Shown here: piece by piece, positions 1-9,600 of the stretch
Layout: each line of letters opens with the position of its first letter
How positions within the stretch are numbered: position 1 is the stretch's first letter
NCBI GenBank assembly: GCA_016938695.1
Contig: JAFGUC010000043.1
Coordinates: 119,213 to 183,212, forward strand
Reading direction: 5' to 3'
Length of the DNA stretch: 64,000 nucleotides
Source: Candidatus Woesearchaeota archaeon
GTDB taxonomy: Archaea > Nanobdellota > Nanobdellia > Woesearchaeales > JAFGUC01
Position numbers and translations under genes: made by a program
Notes under the pieces: generated by a model
Told to the model about the DNA's origin: nothing
Seen by the model: only the letters and a program-made list of their open reading frames with translations
The model's database searches: none

Positions 1-1705
1 CCGAAGCAATTCCAAAAAGTTTTTTTGAAACAACACTTTGAATACCATTTTTCATTCCTGAAAAAGCAGCTTTTCCAAAAGAAAAAACATCAAATGCAGA
101 ATTAAGAAGACCACCAATCATCATATTTTTTAGAATATTAGTTGATACATCATAACCCCATGCATTTTCTTCACCATCAGGCATTGACTCATAAAAGAAA
201 ACATATTTTGGACTTTTGTATGCTGTTGCAATATCTTTTAAAAAACTTTTAACAGCATCCCCTTTCAAATCTTCATTAACATCATTCTCAGGAAGTTCAA
301 AATTTGATACAAAACAATATCGTCTCATATTTGCATCTAAATATTGAGTACAACCAATTGAATCATAACCAACAACATTTGCATCATACAGATTATAAGG
401 CATTTTTATAAAATTCCAGTCAAAAATAGATGTGTAGCGTGGAATTCTTTCAGAATTAAATAACGCATCAATTTGATCTTGTTGTATCTTTCTACCAATG
501 TAATATGTTCTTCCTTCTTCAATCTTAGAAGGTTGTAAACTTCTTGCATCAGTAAGTGGAAGAAGAATTGTACTACCCGGAGAATCAAAAGAATCAGATA
601 CAGTTCCATCCTGATTACAACCAAACATAGATTTATCAGGAGTAAAATCTTCAGTAAAATAAACATATGCACTCAAGACTTGATCGGATGCATTTACCAT
701 ATATCTACACAAGTAACTCTTAAATTGTTCAGGATGCAAACGAGTTCCAAACAAATTATCAGCACGTATAATATTTCCATTATAAAAAAACATTTTTACG
801 GTGTTTCTTAACCCAGCAATAAAATTAGCAGAACTCGCTTTTTCTCTAATATCAGTTTCTAATTTACTTTGTAGTAAACTCCACTGGTCATCTGTAATAT
901 AACTAAAATGACTTCCAATATCACTCTTAAGATTATCAACAATATACTTTGCATAATATGAACTAGAACCAGGATTACGAGTTAAAGAATACCCTGAACT
1001 AATATAATTTAACAATTCTCCATTACTCAAAGAAGATGCTTTAGTTAAAATTGGAATTAAATTACTAACAACAGACTCTTGCTGAGCTTCAGATAAATAA
1101 TAGGAATCAATATTTTCATAAAACAAATCATGATTCTCCAAATATTCGTTTGCATCATAATAACCATAGATAAATGGTCGACCATTCATCACACAAACAG
1201 AATAATCTAAAATACTTGAACTACACGATGTAAAATCCATAATATGTTTTTTAACATTAATATCTAAAGAATACATATAATCAGACTTTTGAACCATACT
1301 CAAAAAAGCTTCAGTCATTAAATCATTTTTAAAATTATAAGTTCCCTTATACTTAGAAGGGTCAGAATAATATTGAGTATTTACCTCCTCAAACATATTC
1401 CAAATGATTCCATCAATTGATGTTAAAACTGTGTTTTCTAATTCAGAATTCAAAGGGTTTGTTGTCAAAACTTTAACACTATTAATTAGACCCATAATAC
1501 TATATCCTGCACGACCAAAATCGTCTTCTGGATTATACGCCATGAATTCATCTTCACTTGAATTTACATAAGTTTCGACTTGATCTTGAATACCAAAAAT
1601 TGGTCCTAATGCATCCTTTGCAATTGGAGTAATTGCAACATTTAATACTGCAAGAAGTACAAAAAGTCCAACAATAATATCAACAACCTTTGAAAACATA
1701 ACCAT
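1..1705 (-). CDS. Membrane-anchored surface protein, partial (C-terminus lies beyond the left window edge)
   Basis: This ORF is missing from the ORF track because it has no stop codon inside the window. I translated the minus strand by hand from the ATG at 1705 (MVMFSKVVDIIVGLFVLLAVLNVAITPIAKDALGPIFGIQDQ...). The frame stays open for 568 codons down to position 2. It has one N-terminal hydrophobic helix, and the rest is S/N/Y/D-rich like the other surface proteins of the operon. The start lies 1 nt after the stop of the upstream micro-ORF. Confidence 0.7.
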   Translation of the reverse strand, partial: MVMFSKVVDIIVGLFVLLAVLNVAITPIAKDALGPIFGIQDQVETYVNSSEDEFMAYNPEDDFGRAGYSIMGLINSVKVLTTNPLNSELENTVLTSIDGIIWNMFEEVNTQYYSDPSKYKGTYNFKNDLMTEAFLSMVQKSDYMYSLDINVKKHIMDFTSCSSSILDYSVCVMNGRPFIYGYYDANEYLENHDLFYENIDSYYLSEAQQESVVSNLIPILTKASSLSNGELLNYISSGYSLTRNPGSSSYYAKYIVDNLKSDIGSHFSYITDDQWSLLQSKLETDIREKASSANFIAGLRNTVKMFFYNGNIIRADNLFGTRLHPEQFKSYLCRYMVNASDQVLSAYVYFTEDFTPDKSMFGCNQDGTVSDSFDSPGSTILLPLTDARSLQPSKIEEGRTYYIGRKIQQDQIDALFNSERIPRYTSIFDWNFIKMPYNLYDANVVGYDSIGCTQYLDANMRRYCFVSNFELPENDVNEDLKGDAVKSFLKDIATAYKSPKYVFFYESMPDGEENAWGYDVSTNILKNMMIGGLLNSAFDVFSFGKAAFSGMKNGIQSVVSKKLFGIAS

Positions 1706-1706
1706 T

Positions 1707-1835
1707 TTAACTCAAAGCTCCTTTCAAGGTATCAAAAGCGCCAAACATACTTCCACCACCTTTAGCACTAATATAAACACCAATTAAAATTAAAACCAAC
1801 GCAATAATAATTCCAATAATATATTTCATCTCCAT
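1707..1835 (-). CDS. Small membrane protein, 42 aa (below the ORF-track size cutoff)
   Basis: Hand translation gives MEMKYIIGIIIALVLILIGVYISAKGGGSMFGAFDTLKGALS, with one clear TM helix. A TAGGTG Shine-Dalgarno-like motif sits 7 nt upstream of the ATG. The ORF exactly fills the gap between two operon genes. Confidence 0.4.
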   Translation of the reverse strand: MEMKYIIGIIIALVLILIGVYISAKGGGSMFGAFDTLKGALS

Positions 1836-1845
1836 TCTAAAACAC

Positions 1846-2838
1846 CTAATTTGCTAAAACATCACAATAATCTGATAACGCGTCTTGAGTATATGGAATA
1901 ACAACTAATGATGAAACTCCATCTTTATACTCTTCAACTTCGCTCGTAGGAATACCTAATTTATTTGAAATTAATGATCCTATTTGATCAAATCCATGTA
2001 CCTTTGTTCTCGTAAAAACAACAGCAAACGAACCATCTTTGTAATCATAATTACGACTTTCTATTCCAAATATATCTGAGCTATAATCATCTTGTAGATA
2101 TTCATAATAAGACATTGCAGTATTTGAAACAGGAATATGGGTCAACCAATAAATCAAAGAGTTTGGGTCATCTTTATATGGTGTCAAACTACTAGAACTC
2201 ATAACATTATTTGAACTCATATCTAAATATAATTCATGATCAAAATCAATCTTTGAACAAATAACACAGACAGTTGGAGGTTGTAATCTATGAGGAACCC
2301 ATGAATTAATCCAACCTTTTCCTTCCTCAGTCCCTATATATTGAAACCAAGAACTAAATAAATCTAATTTTCCTTCGCCCAATTCAGACCAACAAGATTT
2401 CATCTCACCTGCAACCAATTGATTCAAACGATATTTGTAAACTTGCCATTTAAGATTAGAATCGGTATTAAATCCCAAAATTTCTTTTTCATTTAAACTA
2501 TTACCAGAATCATCTTGAAAAAATTTCCATTTTACTAATTTTTTTGCTTCACCAGATGTAAAAGGCTGATCTACATTATACACAATTAAATCATCATCAG
2601 ATTTTCCTTTTTTTTCTTGGACTTTTATATAGTTAATAGGACAATTTAAGTCAATTGGATTTGAACCCGCTGTTGCAGTATTTGCTAAAGAACTTGCAAT
2701 CGCTGATGCACGGCAAGTTGAATCATCAGCAGTACTAATCATAAAATCAAACATACCAGTGCTAAAACCCAATAAAACTAACGTCGCAACAAGAAACAAA
2801 ATAATTCCAACTAAAAAACCAAATTGTGCCTTTTTCAT
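1846..2838 (-). CDS. Class III signal peptide (type IV pilin-like) protein, 330 aa
   Basis: The N-terminus is MKKAQ-FGFLVGIILFLVATLVLLGF. This is the [KR][KR][AGS]Q motif followed by about 20 hydrophobic residues, shared by nine proteins in this operon. The start overlaps the stop of the upstream micro-ORF (ATGA). Confidence 0.75.
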   Translation of the reverse strand: MKKAQFGFLVGIILFLVATLVLLGFSTGMFDFMISTADDSTCRASAIASSLANTATAGSNPIDLNCPINYIKVQEKKGKSDDDLIVYNVDQPFTSGEAKKLVKWKFFQDDSGNSLNEKEILGFNTDSNLKWQVYKYRLNQLVAGEMKSCWSELGEGKLDLFSSWFQYIGTEEGKGWINSWVPHRLQPPTVCVICSKIDFDHELYLDMSSNNVMSSSSLTPYKDDPNSLIYWLTHIPVSNTAMSYYEYLQDDYSSDIFGIESRNYDYKDGSFAVVFTRTKVHGFDQIGSLISNKLGIPTSEVEEYKDGVSSLVVIPYTQDALSDYCDVLAN

Positions 2839-2960
2839 TGGAAACCTCGATCAACTGCATTCTTCATTATCAACAAAACAACAACCATAAATAAGAAAAG
2901 CAAAACAGCAATAATAGCCATCTTAAGACCACTACTCTCAATCTCCCCTTTTTTTTCCAT
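2835..2960 (-). CDS. Small membrane protein, 41 aa (below the ORF-track size cutoff)
   Basis: Hand translation gives MEKKGEIESSGLKMAIIAVLLFLFMVVVLLIMKNAVDRGFQ, with one TM helix. Its stop overlaps the start of the 330-aa gene (ATGA). No convincing RBS is visible, so confidence is low. Confidence 0.25.
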   Translation of the reverse strand: MEKKGEIESSGLKMAIIAVLLFLFMVVVLLIMKNAVDRGFQ

Positions 2961-3014
2961 AACGACTGTAAAAGAAATATGATTTATAAATATTACTTAA
3001 AAAGAAAACAAAAA

Positions 3015-3293
3015 TTATCTACAACAACCAGAGCCTTTTGGACAATCAATATATCCTTGGCTAGCATCAGCGTCAGATTTTGAACAGCCAGTTTCACCAA
3101 CTGATAAACACTTAGCACCTTCTCTTGTTTGCGAACATAAATTAGTATTAAATTCTTTAACTGCGGTCTCTTGACCTTGAGTTCCTTGTCGCATTTTACT
3201 AGCAAAAACAGACAAAAGAACAACCAAGACAACTAGAGCAATAGCTGCGACAACAACCAAATTCAAACTCATGCCATCTCCTTTTTTATTCAT
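3015..3293 (-). CDS. Small 6-Cys pilin-like protein, tandem paralog 3 (92 aa)
   Basis: I trimmed the track ORF 3015..3335 to the internal ATG at 3293 (MNKKGDGMSLNLVVVAAIALVVLVVLL...). This removes the overlap with the upstream paralog and aligns the N-terminus with the other two copies. The C-terminal half has 6 Cys and ends in GCCR. Confidence 0.75.
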   Translation of the reverse strand: MNKKGDGMSLNLVVVAAIALVVLVVLLSVFASKMRQGTQGQETAVKEFNTNLCSQTREGAKCLSVGETGCSKSDADASQGYIDCPKGSGCCR

Positions 3294-3294
3294 T

Positions 3295-3585
3295 TTAGCT
3301 ATTTGACACAGGACAACAATATTGTGTTGAACCACAATCTACAAAAGATCCTGGTTTAGTCGCTCCTCCTTTTTGAACACAACCGGAATTAGAACTACAT
3401 CTATACTCATTATCTGTTTCACAAGCTTGATTGAGAATATTATTAGTTGATTTCTCCCCCTCTTGTGTAGAAGTACGAATCTTACTTGCAAAAATTGCAG
3501 TAAGAACAACTAAAACAATTAAAGCAATGGCCGCAACAACGACCATATTAAGGCTCATACCTTGTGCTTTTTTTGAAAAATTCAT
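3295..3585 (-). CDS. Small 6-Cys pilin-like protein, tandem paralog 2 (96 aa)
   Basis: The N-terminus is MNFSKKAQG-MSLNMVVVAAIALIVLVVLTAIFASK (class III-type). It has the same 6-Cys pattern ending in a CC pair (QYCCPVSNS). Confidence 0.8.
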   Translation of the reverse strand: MNFSKKAQGMSLNMVVVAAIALIVLVVLTAIFASKIRTSTQEGEKSTNNILNQACETDNEYRCSSNSGCVQKGGATKPGSFVDCGSTQYCCPVSNS

Positions 3586-3590
3586 TTTAA

Positions 3591-3929
3591 TTAATTAGAT
3601 GGTAATCTGCAACAAACCTTAGGGTCTGCTGTGTTTGAACCTGCTTGACAATCCAACCAGTTTCCTGCACCAGTTGCAGTTCCTCCATCAGGTCGTGAAA
3701 CTTCCCACGGAGTGTTACATTGGCTTGCAGCAACACATTTTGATTGTGAATATCCATCCACAGGTTTCATACATATATTGTTAAATGCATTATCATCATT
3801 TTGACCTACTTTTTCCGAAGAAGTATTCATTCTGCTAATAAAAATTGCAGTTAGAACAACTAAAACAATCAGAGCTAAAGCAGCAACGATTACAACATTA
3901 AGACTCATAGATTGTGCTTTTTTTGACAT
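3591..3929 (-). CDS. Small 6-Cys pilin-like protein, tandem paralog 1 (112 aa); candidate major subunit
   Basis: The N-terminus is MSKKAQS-MSLNVVIVAALALIVLVVLTAIFISR. It has 6 Cys ending in CC (KVCCRLPSN). A GAGGTG RBS lies 8 nt upstream. It is the only gene of this operon preceded by a 75-nt AT-rich spacer with TATA-like boxes. Confidence 0.8.
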   Translation of the reverse strand: MSKKAQSMSLNVVIVAALALIVLVVLTAIFISRMNTSSEKVGQNDDNAFNNICMKPVDGYSQSKCVAASQCNTPWEVSRPDGGTATGAGNWLDCQAGSNTADPKVCCRLPSN

Positions 3930-4004
3930 ATCTCAAACACCTCAAATAATATTATTGTATTTAAATAGTATAAAGACATTTAAAAATTTATCTATAATTT
4001 TAAC
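3930..4004 (-). promoter_or_regulatory. Putative internal promoter plus RBS for the tandem mini-pilin genes
   Basis: The minus strand reads ...aaatttttaaatgtctttatactatttaaatacaataatattatttGAGGTGtttgagatATG. Two TATA-like boxes (tttttaaa, tttaaata) and a GAGGTG Shine-Dalgarno motif are present. This is the largest non-coding gap inside the otherwise overlapping operon. Confidence 0.4.
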
Positions 4005-4574
4005 TTAATCACATACAAATAATTCTATCCAAAGAGTTCCAGGATACAAAGGAACTGGGAACATTTTTGACGTTCCACCATATTTTCTTTGACAACCAGG
4101 AGCAGTAGTTCCACGATATGGAATTGTTAAAGGATTAACAAAACTAATAGTATACTCATCAAATTCATTAGTAAATTCTGTTTCATCTTTTGTCAAAGTT
4201 AAAAAATAACGAACACTCCACTTATTCAATGTTTCATTAAGGACATGACCAATGACAATCTCTGAAAATTGACATGCAGACATCATTTCATTAACGCCAT
4301 AATAAGTCAAGTTCGATTGATCACAATAAATATCATTTTCAGTTGCACAATCTTGCAACAATTCAGTTAAAGTAAGATTATAATCCAAAGTACAAACAAC
4401 TTTAGTTGCCAATAATGAATTCAAAACATTTGCAGCAACTTGATGAGCAACATAACTATTTTTTGCATCAGATTTCTTTGTTGCACCTGTTGTCATCATA
4501 AAAAGCATTCCCATAAAAAGCAGCATAACAACAATTATTAAACCAAATATTTCCATCTGTGCACGTCGATTCAT
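4005..4574 (-). CDS. Class III signal peptide (pilin-like) protein, 189 aa
   Basis: The N-terminus is MNRRAQ-MEIFGLIIVVMLLFMGMLFMM. A GGGTGA RBS lies 6 nt upstream. The start overlaps the upstream gene by 4 nt. Confidence 0.75.
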   Translation of the reverse strand: MNRRAQMEIFGLIIVVMLLFMGMLFMMTTGATKKSDAKNSYVAHQVAANVLNSLLATKVVCTLDYNLTLTELLQDCATENDIYCDQSNLTYYGVNEMMSACQFSEIVIGHVLNETLNKWSVRYFLTLTKDETEFTNEFDEYTISFVNPLTIPYRGTTAPGCQRKYGGTSKMFPVPLYPGTLWIELFVCD

Positions 4575-5128
4575 CGTTCAGTCACCCTGAAATAACTTGT
4601 AACAGTCAATAATCCAAAATAATACGCACCAACAGAAGTATCTGACGCATTGTATAAAACAACTGGAATCTGAATGGAACGTTGAGAATATCTAAATAAC
4701 GGTTTATACAAAGAATTTGAAGGAAAAACATCATATACTGCGTTTCCTCCAGTAAAATTAATACCATTTTCTATAGGATATATTTCTTGAACTTCAACTT
4801 TTAAATCCCCAAGCATTTTTCGATAATACAAATAATCCTCAGAGTCAAGCATTTTACGTTTAAAAGAAATTAATTTCAAAATATCTAAACAATCATATTT
4901 CAAAACATTATCATATGAACAACTAAACTCACCTAGCGAATAAACTTGTTGAGCTTTTTCAACCATCTCTTGCTCATTAAGTTCTTGTTGTTTAACTGCT
5001 TGATCAGAAGATTGAAAACGAATAAAAAAAATCAAAGCAAATATAATAAGAATAAAAAAAACTATCAAAATCATCATAGTCTGTCCAGTTTCCAACTGAC
5101 CCTTTTTATTCAATATAACACTGGACAA
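4571..5128 (-). CDS. Class III signal peptide (pilin-like) protein, about 180-185 aa
   Basis: It contains NKKGQ-LETGQTMMILIVFFILIIFALIFFI. The track start at 5128 is a TTG. A second TTG at 5113 overlaps the upstream TGA (TTGA) and would give MNKKGQ..., matching the other N-termini. Either start is possible. Confidence 0.7.
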   Translation of the reverse strand: MSSVILNKKGQLETGQTMMILIVFFILIIFALIFFIRFQSSDQAVKQQELNEQEMVEKAQQVYSLGEFSCSYDNVLKYDCLDILKLISFKRKMLDSEDYLYYRKMLGDLKVEVQEIYPIENGINFTGGNAVYDVFPSNSLYKPLFRYSQRSIQIPVVLYNASDTSVGAYYFGLLTVTSYFRVTER

Positions 5129-6195
5129 CTGTAATCCCTCGCTCGCATATTCATTGCTTCAAGACCTTTAAAAGAATTCTCAATTGTTTTAGCATCATCT
5201 TCAGATATTGATTGTTTACTAACAATCTCAAAAGCCACATTCTTCATAGTCCTTGCTAAATTAGAATCATAAAGAACAGAACCACATGTTAAAAAATCAT
5301 TGCAATACAAATTACATAAATTATTAATTTTCTGTTCATATACACCAGCCAATCTACCAAGTCGATTAAATGCTTTTATCAAATTACAATCATATATTTC
5401 AGAGTCATCTGAAAATATTGCAGCAACCATAGTTGCATTATCTATAAAATAACTTTCACCCGTTTTAACTTTTACGCCAGAAAGATGAGAATAATAACTA
5501 ATTTTCCCAAATCCAATTGAACCAGATTCAAATTCTAAATTTACAGCAGAAACATTTTTAGAATTTTTACCACCAACAGAATCAATTAAATCTGCAGATT
5601 GTAAAGTTGAATCATCATTTAAAAAAATATATCTAACATTATAAAAACCTTCATCTATTAAAGAATCTAAACTAGAAGAATTAACGACATCTAAAGTAAT
5701 ATTGTCTGGAAAATGTTTCATCACTGTTTTATAATCTTCTAAACTATCTCTAACCAAAATATACCTAACATCATCAGATGTGACAAATAAAAAATTTAAT
5801 GTTTTAAATGGAAGATTCCAATCTAAACTATATGTAATCATTTTTTTTCCAGATATCTTTCTAGGTGAAAAAATCGACATCAAATCAGAACTTACATCAA
5901 CAGAAGAACCTTCTACACGATACCCCGAATAACACCCATGCGTAGTACAAGTATCCAACTCACAATAAAACTCCAAAGTTTGCTTTGGCATTGAAATTGC
6001 TTGAGTTGAACGCTCTTTAACTAAACTAGATTGTAAAATTGTTTTAAAACTCATAACAACATTAATTGATATCTTTGTCTCAGCTTGATCCTTTTGCTTA
6101 GAAACTATAGAAATAAAAAAAGTTAAAATTACTGCACCTATTATCAAAATAAAAATCCAATTAAATTGAGATGAAATCTGGGATTTTTTCATCAT
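5110..6195 (-). CDS. Class III signal peptide (pilin-like) protein, 361 aa
   Basis: The N-terminus is MMKKSQ-ISSQFNWIFILIIGAVILTFFISI. The rest is a Cys-containing extracellular domain. Confidence 0.75.
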   Translation of the reverse strand: MMKKSQISSQFNWIFILIIGAVILTFFISIVSKQKDQAETKISINVVMSFKTILQSSLVKERSTQAISMPKQTLEFYCELDTCTTHGCYSGYRVEGSSVDVSSDLMSIFSPRKISGKKMITYSLDWNLPFKTLNFLFVTSDDVRYILVRDSLEDYKTVMKHFPDNITLDVVNSSSLDSLIDEGFYNVRYIFLNDDSTLQSADLIDSVGGKNSKNVSAVNLEFESGSIGFGKISYYSHLSGVKVKTGESYFIDNATMVAAIFSDDSEIYDCNLIKAFNRLGRLAGVYEQKINNLCNLYCNDFLTCGSVLYDSNLARTMKNVAFEIVSKQSISEDDAKTIENSFKGLEAMNMRARDYSCPVLY

Positions 6196-6199
6196 AAAC

Positions 6200-6682
6200 C
6201 TAATCTAAACTAATTTTAGCAGCGTCGCCTAAACCAGTTAGGACAAATTCATATTTATTTGATTTTGATTTAACACACAAAAATCCAGAATCAATCTCTA
6301 TTTTTCCAATATTGAATGCTTCTTCTAAACCTTTATCAGATAACAAAAATGTGTTTTCTTCTGCACCCGATGAAACTGAATCATATATTAAAAAATATTT
6401 TTCATCATCTGGAATTAAATCCGCAGTACCCGATCCACCAATGAAACAAATCTCATTAATACCTGGAACTCCAACAACAGTAACTGGTTCAACTGAATTA
6501 TATTCTGTTGAAATTGTACTTACCGAATCAAGAAGTGTTCCTTTGAACTTAACCATTTGAACACTATCTGCTTGTTTCTTAAAACTTCCAATTGACTTAA
6601 CTCCAAAAATTAAAATAGCAGCTACAATAATCATACCAAGAACATACATAATTGCTTGACTTTGAACCATTCCCTTTTTCAT
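6200..6682 (-). CDS. Class III signal peptide (pilin-like) protein, 160 aa
   Basis: The N-terminus is MKKGMVQ-SQAIMYVLGMIIVAAILIFGV. A GAGGTG RBS lies 6 nt upstream of the ATG and overlaps the stop of the 1185-aa gene. Confidence 0.75.
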   Translation of the reverse strand: MKKGMVQSQAIMYVLGMIIVAAILIFGVKSIGSFKKQADSVQMVKFKGTLLDSVSTISTEYNSVEPVTVVGVPGINEICFIGGSGTADLIPDDEKYFLIYDSVSSGAEENTFLLSDKGLEEAFNIGKIEIDSGFLCVKSKSNKYEFVLTGLGDAAKISLD

Positions 6683-6692
6683 TCAATACACC

Positions 6693-9600
6693 TCACATAT
6701 TCAGGTCATCTTTTAATTTGATATAATCAACATTACTTAATTTCCCTGACGAATATAACTCTAATAATAACTGTTCCAAATCTCTTTTATTAATTTTTCC
6801 ATCTTCTAAAAGCTTTTTAAGAAGAGTTGACATTATTCCAATATTCATTCCTTGGGAAATTCCTTCTGCAAAAGTATTCATCAAATTTGAATTTTGTTTC
6901 CGTTTACCAGATATTAAATTATCTAAATCTGAAACATCATTTTTTTTCTTTTGTGATAATTCATCTAAACGATTTTGCTTCCTATTCAATATTCTATCTA
7001 ATGCATCGCCTTTTATTTTTCTTGATGCCAATCTAGATAAACTATCAGTATTCTTACCAATTGAGTCTAGTTTACTAAAATCAGATTTATCGGACTTTTT
7101 AACTGAAGTCTTTTGCAAAAATTCATCTAATTCAGAACTCTTATTAATAATAGACGATAAATCTTTTTGAGATTCAACATTAACTTGTTTCTCAAATTTT
7201 TCTAGCTCAGATATATCTTGCTTCTTAGCAGGTAAACTTGATGAAACATCTTTTTTTGTACTAGAAATTCCTGATTTTTTTAATTTCTTAAGCTTCAATT
7301 TTTTTGCAAGAACTTTTTTGAATTCTTCGCTAGTCAATGAAGATTTTGGCACAACGCCATCAAAAACATTAAACAATTTACTTCGTTCTTTCTCACGAGA
7401 TAAATCTACTGAATGCTTTGCTTTAAGATTATGTAATTTTGAATTTGGTTTAGGTCCTGCGACAATAGGTTTTGATACTTCTACCTTTGTCTGAACTTTA
7501 TGTTGTGAAACAGTATTAACATTAGTCTCGACATTTACCTTCTCTTGTGGATGTTGCTGTTGTTGTCGTAACTTTTGTTGTTTTTCAAGTAATTCTTTTT
7601 GTCGTAATTTAATTAACTCAACATCCCTTATAGGTTTAAAATAGTCAAAAGTATAACTACTTGCTAAATAAGAGGCAATAATCAAAAATATAAAAACAAG
7701 AAATACTATAACCCAATTAATTGGATGATCTTTTGGATCCAACGGATTATAACTTAAATCTAGTTCAATTTTATCAGTATAACCATCACCATCAGTATCT
7801 TTTCTTGTTGGGTCAGTTCCTTTTTTCAATTCTTCAATGTTAAGAAGTCTATCGCCATCAGGATCATCATTTGGATCAGCACAATCAATACAACCATTTT
7901 CTAGAGGTGTACATTTAAAGTATTTCTCTTCCCACCAATCAAAAAGACCATCACCATCACAATCTTTTTTCTTGTAATCTTCACAAATTCCACCTTTACA
8001 ATAATTACTTGCACAATCAGAATCTAAACTACAAACTGAACCAATTCCACAACCTAAACAAAATGAACCACCACAATCAATATCAGTTTCTTCACCATTT
8101 CTAACAGAATCATCACAAGAGGAAGGTTGACAAGTATAATTATCACAAAAACCACTGATACAATCAGAATGAACACCACAATTTTTTCCTAACTCACATC
8201 TATAACCTTGTTGTGCACAATTTTTTCCACAATCTAAATCAGTTTCAATTGTTCTTTGAAATCTATTATCAGTACAAGTTGGAGCAATGCAAACATTATC
8301 TAAACAAAACTGATCAAAGCAATCAGAATCAACTAAACAGCTTTTACCAACACCACATCCTTGACAAGGACCACCACAATCAACATCAGTCTCAGATTCG
8401 TTTGAATCAAAAATATCATTATTACAAAAAATATCAGCACCAGGTTTAGTATAAAAACTAATGTTAAATGTTCCATTAACTTTATTTCCAGCAGCATCTC
8501 TTGCAGAATAGCATAAACGATAATTCTTATCAACTGTTTGAGGATTCATATACAATTGTGATGGAAAACAAGAACCAAAATCAACCATATTAAAACGTAA
8601 ATCAATACACTGACCAGAATCATCAACACATATTAATGATACAAAAGTCATCCCAAAACTAGTTGACATATTGTAAGAAACAACAGGAGGTTGTGAATCA
8701 CAAGAAATACCTGTTTCATCAAAATTAATACTTTTTGATGCATACATACTTTTTAATCCTGCCTTGTTGTATGCTTCAACAGTAATAAAGAAGATATCCT
8801 TGTCTGTTGTATTAAGATTTTCATCTTTTATAACAATTTTAGAACCTGATTGAGTCCAATTCACTAACTGTTTTCCGCCTTTTTCAACCATATACATATA
8901 ATAATCTATTCCACTCTCATTATCGAAAGATTCAGCTGTTAATTCTAAAGTATTCTTTACACAAGAAACATCAGAACCATTTAGAACTGGTTGACTTGGT
9001 GGAGTTTTATCTACAATAAAATTATAATCCAATTCTCTAAACTGAGTAATTTCAGCAGAATCACTAACACATTCAAAATGTATCACGTGTGGTCCTTCTT
9101 CAGCATATATTTCATTTAAAGATTTATGATGCGATAGTGGAACTGCAGGAGTGCTGTCAGTTTTTAGTAATTCAGAATCATCAAAACTATACTCACAATA
9201 AGATGGTTTATTTGTAAAAAAATCTAAAGTAAAAAGATCCTTAGAAGTATATTCTGCAGGAACCTCAACCAAAATTTGAAGAGCAGCACTTAAATCAACT
9301 TCATATTCCACTAATTGTTCAGTTCGCCATAAAGCTCTGTCCTGACAAATCAAATTAATATCATAAATACCATTTTCCTCTGGCAAAATATTATTCAAAG
9401 AAACAGTATGTTCCTTTACATAAGAGTCAACACTATTTTGACTGTCTTTAGTATCATTTCCAAAATAACGTCTAGTTCCTAGCAAATCAAAAAAACAAAA
9501 AGTATCTTCATTTGTAACAACAGTAAAATTAAATTTATTTTCTAAAGTAATCATCTTTGGAGGATTAAATGTTGTACTAACTATCGTTGGAGGAATAACA

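Noticed and set aside
406-672. An 88-aa minus-strand ORF from the track.
   Set aside because: It lies in a different frame inside the long open minus-strand frame (1..1705), which I verified codon by codon. Its L/I/F-rich composition is typical of an off-frame artefact in AT-rich DNA.
3015-3335. The long form (106 aa) of the third mini-pilin ORF.
   Set aside because: The extra 14 N-terminal codons overlap the upstream paralog. They would also bury the KK-motif. The internal ATG at 3293 aligns with the other two copies.
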